From an uncultured Verrucomicrobiae bacterium (GTDB lineage Bacteria; Verrucomicrobiota; Verrucomicrobiia; Palsa-1439), in contig CAWEWF010000008.1 in assembly GCA_963812605.1 (NCBI GenBank), positions 32,001-96,000 on the forward strand: a DNA stretch of 64,000 nucleotides. The letters are read 5' to 3'. Shown piece after piece: positions 21,419 to 30,662 of this stretch; the stretch's first letter is position 1; each line of letters begins with the position of its first letter. The notes beneath the pieces were generated by a model. The model ran no database searches and was not told the DNA's origin. It worked only from the letters and a program-made list of their open reading frames with translations. Position numbers and translations under genes: made by a program.

Positions 21419-21630
21419 CGGAAGTTTTCCATTTGAGCCGAATGACGATTGCAGGGCGCAGTCGTAAATGAATAAGGGCCGAACAAGAAACGAAACAGCT
21501 CTCGTTCACGACCGGATGAATCTACCGACGGCTGCGCCCTGTTTCTTTCCTTCCCAAGCGGTCTTCCCTGTTTTGATCTGGTCACGTAGAACGTGGCTGT
21601 GTGAGAAACACGTGTTGCCGCAGAGCCATC

Positions 21631-21696
21631 TGTAGGCCGCTTCTGTGAAGCGGCGGAATTCATGATGAAATCGCCGACTCGCAGAGTCGGCCTACA
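21631..21696. repeat. REP-like inverted pair (GTAG foot), family C
   Basis: TGTAGGCCGCTTCTGTGAAGCGGC ... GCCGACTCGCAGAGTCGGCCTACA. Confidence 0.8.
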
Positions 21697-21772
21697 ATTC
21701 GCGGCCGAGGTAGACAGGCCCTTTTAACAGCCCCGAACGACCGTCGCCGCCCGTTCCACATGCCAAACCATC

Positions 21773-21798
21773 TGGAGGGCGAGCCTCCCGGCGAGCCG
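21773..21798. repeat. Single REP-like half (GGAG foot)
   Basis: TGGAGGGCGAGCCTCCCGGCGAGCCG; related fragment CCTCCCGCGAGCCG near 15936. Confidence 0.55.
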
Positions 21799-21837
21799 CT
21801 CGGTAGGGAATAAAAATGACATTCGTGCATCCCAATA

Positions 21838-24027
21838 ATGGCCTCACGGCAAATGAAAATGAAATTGGGACAGCACCGAGACAAGGCTGCGGTCGATTCA
21901 CTTCTCCGATCCGACGCGGAAATTTTCTTCATCAGCGCGTTGATTCTCTACCTTGAACTCGCGCTGATTCGCTGGATCGGCACCGAGATCCGCATCTTCG
22001 CCTATCTGGGCAACCTCACCCTGGTCATGTGTTTCTTTGGCATCGGATGGGGGTGTTATCGGGCGGCGAAACCCGTGGAGCCGGTGGTCATGGCCATTAG
22101 CCTGTTGTTCCTTGCCACACTGGTGGCCAATCCGTTCCACAGTGCGGCGCTGAGCTTTTCCAAAATATCGTTTCTCCTCAGCGGTTTTGAGGACTCGACC
22201 GTCTGGCAGGATGTACAAGGACCCGGCGCGGACTACGCGACGGGCATCTTCTTCATTGGAATTCTTATTGTCGCGCTGACCCTCACGTTTGCGCCACTGG
22301 GACAGATACTCGGGCGGGCGATGCAACGCGCCCCGCGCGTCATCCGAGCTTATTCGGTGAACGTCGCCGGGAGCCTCGCTGGAGTTTGGCTCTTTAACAG
22401 CCTGAGCTGGGCCCGCACACCGCCAACCGTCTGGATGTTGGTGGCGGCAGGGCTGCTGGCCGCCGTCCTTCTCGCCGGGCAGGCGCGCGCATGGCTGGCG
22501 GTAGGCTTGGTGGTGGTGGGAGCCGGGGTGGTGTGGTTGGGTGACTCGTCCTCCAATCTCATCATCTGGTCGCCCTATCAAAAGCTCGTGGTATCCCCGT
22601 TCTGGACGACCGGATTTGATCCCGTGCAATGGGGCTATCTCGTGCAGGCCAATGGAACGGTACACCAGACCGTGCTCGATCTCTCCGACCGTTTCGTCAC
22701 GAATCACCCGGGACTGTTCGTCGACGAGCCGTTCGAGCGCAACGTCTATAGTGTCCCTTTCAGCTTCAAGCCGCATGCGCGCCGCGTCCTGATTGTCGGC
22801 GCCGGTGCCGGCAATAATGCAGCCGCAGCGTTGCGTCACGGCGCGACGCAAGTGGATTGCGTCGAAATCGATCCCCAGATCTACGCCTTGGGCCAGCGAC
22901 TTCATCCGGAGCAGCCGTATAGCTCTCCCCGGGTGCGGGTGACGGTCAATGATGCGCGCGCTTTCTTTAAACAGGCCACGGGACCGTATGATTTAATTTG
23001 GTACGGGTGGCTCGACGCCCACACGCTTGGCTCGTCCTACAACAACATGCGACTGGACCATTACGTGTACACACTGGAGAGTTTCCGCGAGGCCAGAAAA
23101 CTGTTGGCGCCCGACGGCTTGATGGTGGTCAACTTCCCGGTCCAGCGCACGTGGATGGTGGACCGTTTATTCAACCTGCTGCGACAGACGTTTGGGCGCG
23201 ACCCTTTCGCTTATTGTGACGCCTCTATCGCGGCAAAGCTGAGACGGGTTCCGACGGCCACCCTCATCGTCGGCGAACAACCTGTAACGTCGCAGATGGT
23301 CGAGAGCCCCGCGCTTCGCGACTACCTCGCCTCCTGGCAGTGGCATCCCACCGGCACCACTCGGGCTCCGACCGACGACTGGCCGTACTTGTACCTGAGG
23401 CAGCCGGGTATCCCGAAACTGCACCTAATCGTTTCGACTGCGATTTTGGTGGCCGTGCTGGTGGCAGGGAGACGCGCTCTCGGAGTAGCCAGCGGTTCGG
23501 ACTGGCATTTCTTCGCGCTGGGAGCCGCGTTTCTCCTGCTCGAAGTCCAAACCGTCAGCCGCGCAACGTTGCTGTTCGGGATGACCTGGATCGTCAACGC
23601 CATCGTCATCTCCGCGGTGCTCGTGATGATCCTGTTGTCCAACCTCGTGGCGTGGCGCTGGCCACGCCTTCCACAAGCCGTGATCATTACCGGACTCGCG
23701 CTCACCCTTGCCGGGCTGGCGTTGGTGCCGCTGGACTGGTTCAATGCGTTGACGGGTGCGGCCAAGCTGTTCGCCGCCAGCGCGTTTCTGACCGCACCGG
23801 TGTTCTTCGCCGGGCTCATCTTCATCCGGTCCTTCGCTGCCTGCGCGGACAAATCCCGGGCGCTCGGCTCCAATCTCATCGGCGCGCTGGTGGGAGGTCT
23901 GCTGGAGTCGCTGTCATTCGTCACCGGCGTCCGGGCCCTCATCCTTCTCGTCGGCCTGTTTTATCTAATCGCGATCCTGCGCCGCCCGATGGCCGGTCCG
24001 ATATCGAGCATCGCTGCGGCTGAGTAA
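21838..24027 (+). CDS. Polytopic membrane protein with spermidine-synthase-like SAM methyltransferase domain
   Basis: LIVGAGAGN, VEIDP, NDAR, YDLI, TDDWPYLY; TM blocks on both sides. Confidence 0.85.
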   Translation: MASRQMKMKLGQHRDKAAVDSLLRSDAEIFFISALILYLELALIRWIGTEIRIFAYLGNLTLVMCFFGIGWGCYRAAKPVEPVVMAISLLFLATLVANPFHSAALSFSKISFLLSGFEDSTVWQDVQGPGADYATGIFFIGILIVALTLTFAPLGQILGRAMQRAPRVIRAYSVNVAGSLAGVWLFNSLSWARTPPTVWMLVAAGLLAAVLLAGQARAWLAVGLVVVGAGVVWLGDSSSNLIIWSPYQKLVVSPFWTTGFDPVQWGYLVQANGTVHQTVLDLSDRFVTNHPGLFVDEPFERNVYSVPFSFKPHARRVLIVGAGAGNNAAAALRHGATQVDCVEIDPQIYALGQRLHPEQPYSSPRVRVTVNDARAFFKQATGPYDLIWYGWLDAHTLGSSYNNMRLDHYVYTLESFREARKLLAPDGLMVVNFPVQRTWMVDRLFNLLRQTFGRDPFAYCDASIAAKLRRVPTATLIVGEQPVTSQMVESPALRDYLASWQWHPTGTTRAPTDDWPYLYLRQPGIPKLHLIVSTAILVAVLVAGRRALGVASGSDWHFFALGAAFLLLEVQTVSRATLLFGMTWIVNAIVISAVLVMILLSNLVAWRWPRLPQAVIITGLALTLAGLALVPLDWFNALTGAAKLFAASAFLTAPVFFAGLIFIRSFAACADKSRALGSNLIGALVGGLLESLSFVTGVRALILLVGLFYLIAILRRPMAGPISSIAAAE

Positions 24028-24208
24028 GTGACACCGGCCAAATTTCAGAAGCTCGCGGAAATGTCCGATTAGATCTTCTGGGTTCATATAAAAACGCCCC
24101 CAAGCCATCGTATAAAGCCTGCGGATTGTTTACGAAAAATGATGTTTTGATCATCCTCACGTTGAACGGCTTGCGAACCTTGCGGGTTCAGATTCCGAGG
24201 TCAACTGC

Positions 24209-26323
24209 TCACGGCACAGCCCGCGCTCGTTCCAGATTGTTTTGAGCCTGCGTAAAATCAGGCTTGATCCGCAGGGCCTGCTCCCAATGGCTGATCGCCT
24301 CCGGCAGCCTGCCGGCCCGCTCCAGGGCGAGCCCGAGGTTGTTGTGCGCGTCCGCGTTATCAGGCTGGATTCGTAGCGCCTGACCGTACTGTTCAATCGC
24401 CTCCGGCACCTTCCCGTCGTGGACCAAAGCATTTCCCAAGTTGATGTGCGCCGCGACAAGATCGGGATTAATCCGTAGCGCGTCCTCAAAGTGTCTGGTC
24501 GCCTCCGGCATCCTACCCGCTCGCATCAGGGCCAACCCCAGATTGCTGTGAGCACTGGCAAGATGGGGATCAATTCGCAGGGCTTCCTCGAAGTGGTTGA
24601 TGGCCTCCGGCATTCGGCCCGTTTGCGCCAGGGCGAGCCCCAGATGATTGTGCGCGTCAGCAAGATCGGGCCTGATCCGCAGGGCCTGCTCCCAATGACT
24701 GATCGCTTCCTGGATCCTGCCCGTTTGCGCCAGGGCGAGTCCCAGGGCATAGTGCGCCTCGGCGTAATCGGGTTGAATCCGCAGCGCGTCCTCGAAGTGG
24801 CTGATCGCCTCCGGCATTTTGCCGGCTTCCTCCAGGGCGATGCCCAGGTTGCCGTGCGCCTCCGCGAAATCGGGCTTGATCCGCACGGCTGCTTGATAAT
24901 GCCCAATGGCCTCTTCCAGCCTGTCCATTCGTTCCAGGGCATTCCCGAAGTTATTGTGCGCTTCCGGATAGTCAGGCTGGAATCGCAGGGCCTGGCGGTA
25001 CTGTTCAATCGCTTCGGGCAGCCGGCCCCGTTCCATCAGGGCAACTCCCAGGTTGCTGTGCCCACGGGCATTTTGCGGACGTTTGACCACGGTATCCTGC
25101 CAGATGGCCAGGTTGGATTTGTAGTCCTGGTTGCGTTGAATAGTCAGGAAGGCGAACAGACCGACCACGGACCCACTCGCCAGGCATCCAAGCACAACGC
25201 CCTCCTGCGCTTTGAACAATCGTTTCCCGAGCGCATACGCGCCCGCCACGACCACCGTGACCACCGCGGCCAACGGCAGGTACATTCGCCGCTCCGCCGC
25301 CACTTCACCGACGCTTGGCAGAAAGCTCGAAGTCGGCGCCAGGATGAGAAAAAACCAGGCGCCCAGGAAACCCACCGATGGCCGGTGACGAAGCGCCCAC
25401 ACCGTTCCACCCAGCAGGCCAAGCGCGACGACACCGGAGACAAGGCCATCTTTCAGCGATGAGGTAATCGGCCAGTCCGCGTAATCAATCACCAGCGGGT
25501 GAGGCCAGAAGCAAAGCCGTAAATAGTAATTGATCACGCCCGCCTCGGTCTTCAGATAGTCCCATGAGGTCAGGCCTTTAATCCCAAACCCGGTCGCGGA
25601 ATGCGGTGTCCGCGCCACCAGCACAAACAAAATGAGCCAGGTCGCGGCGAGACCGGCGTACAAACCGGCGCGCCGCTGACGCAATTCGCGAAATGACGAC
25701 GCCAGAAACACGCGATCGTAGAGCAACACGAGCAGTGGCGCTCCGACCATGACCTCCTTGCTTCCCATACCCAGGGCGCACGAGATAACGGCGGCCAGAT
25801 ACCACCCGCCCGGGCGAGCCGAGTGAGAACCGCGAAGGGTACAGTACAGCGTTAGCAGCAGAAACAGTCCCATCAGCAATTCCGTGCGCTGGCCAATGTA
25901 GGTGACGCTTTCCGTTTGCAGGGGATGGACCTCCCAAATGAGCGCGATCGCCGCGGCCAGCCAGACGGCTGCGCCGTCAAATCGGTCACGAAGTTTCTCC
26001 CCCTCAAGCGTGCGCCGGACAATCCCAAACAGCGCCAGCGCGGACAACAGATGCACCGTCAGGTTGAAGGCATGGTAGCCCCGGACATTCAGTCCGCCCA
26101 CCGCGTAGTTCACGGCCAGGGTCAGACAAACCACCGGGCGCCCATTGACCGAGCAGTAGCGGGGCGCAGACAGGGCTTCGCGAATCGGCCACAAGTGACG
26201 GATGTGGGGATTCATGGGGATGGAATGCAGGTCGTCAAAGATGAAGGGTCCCTGAAAGCTGTTGCGATACGCCCAAATGCCAGCGACAATTACCAACACA
26301 GGGATGAACTGGCGCAGTTTCAA
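24209..26323 (-). CDS. TMTC-like GT-C glycosyltransferase with 8 TPR repeats
   Basis: FIFDD, HPLQTESVTYI.QR, SKE, AERRMYLP, then TPRs. Confidence 0.85.
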   Translation of the reverse strand: MKLRQFIPVLVIVAGIWAYRNSFQGPFIFDDLHSIPMNPHIRHLWPIREALSAPRYCSVNGRPVVCLTLAVNYAVGGLNVRGYHAFNLTVHLLSALALFGIVRRTLEGEKLRDRFDGAAVWLAAAIALIWEVHPLQTESVTYIGQRTELLMGLFLLLTLYCTLRGSHSARPGGWYLAAVISCALGMGSKEVMVGAPLLVLLYDRVFLASSFRELRQRRAGLYAGLAATWLILFVLVARTPHSATGFGIKGLTSWDYLKTEAGVINYYLRLCFWPHPLVIDYADWPITSSLKDGLVSGVVALGLLGGTVWALRHRPSVGFLGAWFFLILAPTSSFLPSVGEVAAERRMYLPLAAVVTVVVAGAYALGKRLFKAQEGVVLGCLASGSVVGLFAFLTIQRNQDYKSNLAIWQDTVVKRPQNARGHSNLGVALMERGRLPEAIEQYRQALRFQPDYPEAHNNFGNALERMDRLEEAIGHYQAAVRIKPDFAEAHGNLGIALEEAGKMPEAISHFEDALRIQPDYAEAHYALGLALAQTGRIQEAISHWEQALRIRPDLADAHNHLGLALAQTGRMPEAINHFEEALRIDPHLASAHSNLGLALMRAGRMPEATRHFEDALRINPDLVAAHINLGNALVHDGKVPEAIEQYGQALRIQPDNADAHNNLGLALERAGRLPEAISHWEQALRIKPDFTQAQNNLERARAVP
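24254..25069 (-). repeat. Eight tandem 102-bp TPR-coding repeats
   Basis: AxAHxNLGxALxxxGRxPEAIxHxEQALRIxPD repeated 8 times. Confidence 0.9.
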
Positions 26324-26557
26324 CAGTCCAGAAGTTTATCTGACCTTGCCTCGCGCGACCAGTGTTTACTGAGCTACGCCTCTCCCCGCAACCGGATATC
26401 CTACGGGTGCCCCGTCCATGCTTCCCGAAGAATTCCGGTGACAAAGGCCCTCTCCTATCGCGGGCCGTGACTGGGGCCGTAAGCATTGCTTCCAGACTCC
26501 CCTGATGGATGGTAGTGTGTCAGTTTGAATTCAGGCTTCGTCGATGTGTTTCTGCAT

Positions 26558-26620
26558 TGTAGGGCAGGCGGCCCGCCTGCCATGTCCATAAACGACGGCA
26601 AGCGAGCCGCTTGCCCTACA
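26558..26620. repeat. REP-like inverted pair (GTAG foot), family D
   Basis: TGTAGGGCAGGCGGCCCGCCTGCC ... GGCAAGCGAGCCGCTTGCCCTACA. Confidence 0.8.
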
Positions 26621-26675
26621 AATTACGCGAAATGGGCTTCGAGCAAAATGATACACTCCCTGATGGATTCCTCTC

Positions 26676-28332
26676 TCAGGGGTTGCGGGAACCTGTCACG
26701 TTCTTGGGCTCGTAATAAGCGCGGCTTGCCCGGTAGAGGTCCAACTGCATCTCGAGCTGGCTGACCAACTGGGTTTGCGCGGTGGAATCAGCCAATTGAA
26801 TGGCCTTCTGTGCCGTGCCGACGGCATCGTCGAATCGGCCAGCGGCGGCATAGGCGGCGGCCAGGGTATCAAGACACGGAACCGCTCGGTAGTCAGTGTC
26901 CCGCTTGATGAGCTTGCAGGCCCGCTCGGCCAACGCCACCGCCCGAACCGCGTTGCCACTTTCCGTCGGCGGACGCGTCGCCAGCAGCCAGGCGAGATTG
27001 TTCAGTGCCTGGAGATAATCCGGCTTGATCCGCAGCGCCTGCTCCAGTTGCTCGATCGCTTCTGGGATCCTGTCCGCCTGCGCCAAGGCGATCCCCAGGC
27101 CGTCGTGCGCCATCCAGCAACCGGGATTCTTGGCCAGGGTGTCACGCCAGAGTGTTTCCAAATCCCGATAGACGTGTGCTCGCTTCCAAGTGGACGCTCC
27201 CAGCAACACCAGCACGGCTATGGCGGCAAGCCTTCCCAGATCGCCGCCCCGGGGCCGGCCGTTGGGCTACCGTGGCCCCGGCGCTGACCACCAGGGCGAT
27301 CAGCCCGATGATCGAATAGTATTGCCAGTGATCGGCAACCAGTGAGTATCGCATAAAGTAGATGTTCACAAACCCCAGGGCCGGCGCCAACATCGTCAGG
27401 TAGTAGCCCAACGCCAACAGGCAGGGTTTCCCCCACGATTGCCGATAGCGCCAGCAGACGAGCAACCCCACCACGACGAGCAGCCCGGGCACGTAGGACA
27501 CCAGGTTCTGCGGGTCGATCTGCCATCGCGGATAGACAAAACACAGATGCAAGGGAACCACGGCCTTGTACAGGTAAAACCATATCGCCCAACCAGCCCC
27601 CGCCAGCCGTGGCCAGAAGCCGTCCTGCCGCACGATATCGCCGCCGATAACCCGATGAGATTGGAACCACACCGTTACGCAACTCAGGAGCCCCGCCACG
27701 GCAAAGAACGGCAGGCTCCGCAGCACATCCCGCCGCTCCATTCTCCCACGGCGCCACCACGCGAAGCCCAACAGGACCACCGGCAGCGTGGCCACCGCCG
27801 TCTTGCTCAACAGCGCCAGCACAAAGGTTCCTGCCGCCGCCCAGTACCAGCCCCTCCGTCCCTCCTCTTCGAACTTCAGATACCCCAGGCAGGTCAACGC
27901 GAAAAAAAACATGGCCAGTGTGTTCTTGCGCTCCACAATCCACGCCACCGATTCCACATTCACCGGATGCACCGCAAACACCGCCGCCGCCAACCACGCT
28001 CCCGGGATCTTCAACCTCGCCAGGATACGCCACCACAACACCGCACTGAGCGCATGCAAGATCACATTGACCAGGTGGTATCCCACCGGATTCATCCCCC
28101 ACAGCCGCCACTCCAGCCACCAGGTTGTGGAGGTCAACGGCCAGTAGTCCGGGGGCTGGGTCGTGAACCAAAATCGATGCAAACCGTCCGACATCCGTAT
28201 CAGAGGATTCTGAACGACGAGTTTGTCATCGTCCCAGATGAATCCGCCGCGCAGAGCAGGGATATATACTACAACCGTCAGCAGCAGGATGAGGGCCGAG
28301 CCGGCAACCGGCGACTTCCATGCGTTCTTCAT
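26676..28332 (-). CDS. Second TMTC-like GT-C/TPR protein (frame break near 27215-27250)
   Basis: [30 protein letters not shown]; C-terminal [11 protein letters not shown]...LDTLAAAYA TPRs in ORF 26676-27215. Confidence 0.82.
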
Positions 28333-28539
28333 CGGTCGGGCAATCCTTGCGTCATGTTGGGGGCCTGGCGGTACGTTTGTCCGTCGCGATATCGTTGCCG
28401 CCGACTCTCGATCTTCTCGGCCAATGCGCGGCTGGCCCCAGCGCAGGGCCGGTTCGAGGGCCTTTCTTCTTCGCCACCCGGTGATCCCTCGGGGCACAGT
28501 CTAACAAGGGAAGCGCGGTGGAAACAAGCGCGCTGGATG

Positions 28540-28577
28540 TGACAGGGGATGCGGGCAGGTGCCCGCATCCCCTGTCA
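28540..28577. repeat. Perfect 17-bp inverted repeat
   Basis: TGACAGGGGATGCGGGC-AGGT-GCCCGCATCCCCTGTCA. Confidence 0.85.
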
Positions 28578-28790
28578 GGTTTCGGTTGTCGTGACTTGGG
28601 AACCATCCATCCCATGGCAGCGCGACATCGGCGCCACCCGGTGGACGTGCTTTGCGAGGGCAGCCGCACACGATCTTTCGGCTCACCGAGAGCCCCGATA
28701 ATGAGAATGGGGACAAACTTCGTCTAAATCCCTCCAAATCAACCATGCTAAAGCATCAGTCCGCCGCCCTACCCGTTCAAAAATCGAGTA

Positions 28791-28804
28791 AGCAAACGAT
28801 TGCA
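28791..28804. promoter_or_regulatory. Auxiliary operator O3
   Basis: AGCAAACGATTGCA, 157 bp upstream of O4. Confidence 0.7.
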
Positions 28805-28927
28805 GAATCCAGCCTGTTGGATGGCCAGCCAGCGAACCGATTTGACCGCTGAACTCAAAACGTATTTGATTAAAGGTCAAACCGGGTGTGGCCTTGGCCT
28901 CCCTGGCGATTTTTCTTCATAATGCTG

Positions 28928-28961
28928 TTGACAATTTTCCCAGAATTTGCAATCATTTGCA
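28928..28961 (+). promoter_or_regulatory. Promoter with operator O4 (28948-28961)
   Basis: TTGACA-N14-TGCAATCATTTGCA. Confidence 0.8.
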
Positions 28962-29013
28962 TCAAGCGAGTATAGGAATTAGGGTTAGCAAAACCGAAGG
29001 GAGATATAAGGTT

Positions 29014-29688
29014 ATGGAGAAGCGAGTTAGTATTTCACTGGTGTGCGTTGCGATATGCACGCTGGTTATGTCCACAACGAGCAGCGCGCAAAATCTGCTG
29101 ACGGATCCCAACTTTGACATGGGAATCACAGCCCCCAATCCGAACCCGACCGCTATTCCTGGTTGGTCGGAGTTTGGCGGGGCGGCTATAACGCCAGAGG
29201 CTGTTGCGTTAAGTTTGCCGAACGTCATGCTCACACCCGCTGGTGGTGGTGGCTACAGCGTTCCGGGAGCGTATCAAAACTTCCCGGCTTCACCGGGTCA
29301 GGTGTTTACACTGTCGGGCTGGGTCTATACGCCCAATCTGCTGGTGAGCAATAGCAACGACTTTGCGATCTTGCAACTGTCGTGGTGGACCGGCAGTGGA
29401 TACAGCAATGCGGTCGGAACGGTGGCCGGCGTGAATGTTGGTACGCCCATCGGGCCGGGTCCCAGTACCGTCGCGCTCCCGCAGGGCGTGTGGACGTTCG
29501 CCAGTGTAACCGGAACGGCGCCGGCCGGCACAACCGGAATGAGCCCATTCCTTCTGGACATCAACGCGGATACGAATGGAACCTTCTACTTCGACAACAT
29601 GTCGCTTGTTCCTGAGCCGAGCACCGTGGCGATGGCGCTAACGGGTCTGCTGGGTCTTGTCGCGTTCGCCAAACAGCGTCGCGTGTAG
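29014..29688 (+). CDS. PEP-CTERM protein with CBM-like domain
   Basis: Signal peptide SSA-Q; NLLTDPNFD...TAPAGT...YFDN; VPEPS + TM + KQRRV. Confidence 0.9.
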   Translation: MEKRVSISLVCVAICTLVMSTTSSAQNLLTDPNFDMGITAPNPNPTAIPGWSEFGGAAITPEAVALSLPNVMLTPAGGGGYSVPGAYQNFPASPGQVFTLSGWVYTPNLLVSNSNDFAILQLSWWTGSGYSNAVGTVAGVNVGTPIGPGPSTVALPQGVWTFASVTGTAPAGTTGMSPFLLDINADTNGTFYFDNMSLVPEPSTVAMALTGLLGLVAFAKQRRV

Positions 29689-29714
29689 TTTCGTTGTCGA
29701 TCGACGGATTTTTA

Positions 29715-29748
29715 CCCCGCCTATCCAGCGTCTCCTGGATGGGCGGGG
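29715..29748. terminator. GC-rich hairpin after PEP-CTERM gene (terminator or mRNA-stability element)
   Basis: CCCCGCCTATCCAG-6nt-CTGGATGGGCGGGG; no clear U-tract. Confidence 0.45.
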
Positions 29749-29859
29749 GACAAATCCAAGCGGGCAGTCCAGCCAAGGGTTTCCGACAGCGAAGAGAATA
29801 ATCAAGACGTGTCTGTCGACCCGTTTTGATGGCAGTCAGCGGTTGCGGATTCGGAAACC

Positions 29860-30492
29860 ATGAAGACAGTCAAAGTCGGCGTCCTCACCCTGTTTGCGCT
29901 GACCGGGTTTTTTGTATTTACGACTTTCTCCGGAGTAAAGGTTCTGCCCAAGGCCGGCCCTCCGGAGCTTCTCTCGAATCCCAGTTTTGAAACACCAGCC
30001 CTTCCCGCCGGCGGTTGGGCCCTGGTCCGTCAGGCTGATTGGCAGGCTTTCACCAGCGGCACCGCGGAGTTGATGACCCTCTGGGCCGGCGCGGCCCGCA
30101 CGGGCAATCAGTGCATCCGGTTCGTGTCCCACGGAATTCCCAATTTCTATCAAGGGTTGTTTCAAGCCGTGTCCGTGACGCCCGGCGAAACCTACCAATT
30201 CAGCGCGTACATCAGGAATGATTCCACCCATCCGCTCAAAGGTTCGGTCATCGGCCAGTTGTCCATTGAATGGCACGACGCCAACGGCGGCGAAGCCGGC
30301 CGGCTCTGGAGCCCGGCTTGGGGCGCGGCGCTGTCGACGACCGAGTGGACGAAATTTGTGGTGGCCGGCGCCGCGCCGCCCAACGCCGCGAAGGCGCATT
30401 GTGTAATTGTTGAAAAGGGCCAGGGCCAGCCGGTGGCCAACTGCGTTTTTCTCGTTGACGATGCCTCGGCCGTAAAGCCGTCCGACGAGTGA
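29860..30492 (+). CDS. CBM-like domain protein with N-terminal signal/TM anchor
   Basis: LLSNPSFE, AARTG, QAVSVTPGETYQFSAY, W.D.NG, APPNA, VDD. Confidence 0.75.
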   Translation: MKTVKVGVLTLFALTGFFVFTTFSGVKVLPKAGPPELLSNPSFETPALPAGGWALVRQADWQAFTSGTAELMTLWAGAARTGNQCIRFVSHGIPNFYQGLFQAVSVTPGETYQFSAYIRNDSTHPLKGSVIGQLSIEWHDANGGEAGRLWSPAWGAALSTTEWTKFVVAGAAPPNAAKAHCVIVEKGQGQPVANCVFLVDDASAVKPSDE

Positions 30493-30518
30493 AAGCCGAA
30501 GTGGTTTCATAAATCGTT

Positions 30519-30580
30519 GGTGGCACAGGCGTCCCTGCCTGTGTGGATGGATGTTGACAGGCACAGAGGCCTGTTCCACC
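30519..30580. repeat. REP-like inverted pair, family A (second copy)
   Basis: GGTGGCACAGGCGTCCCTGCCTGTG ... ACAGGCACAGAGGCCTGTTCCACC. Confidence 0.85.
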
Positions 30581-30662
30581 ATTTGTGAGACGAGTTCTCG
30601 GGTGCCTTTGCGCCCGGAAGTCCGCAATTGAGTTATTATCGAACGGTGCGTTACAATCCATC

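Noticed and set aside
21440-21452. Additional operator (ATGACGATTGCA)
   Set aside because: Only a half-site matches and no promoter is associated.
24254-25069. 102-bp tandem repeats as a non-coding array or DGR template
   Set aside because: They are in-frame TPR repeats, and no reverse transcriptase is present.
28499-28580. attC starting at GTCTAAC
   Set aside because: No complementary L boxes or properly placed GTTRRRY. The hairpin is a separate palindrome.
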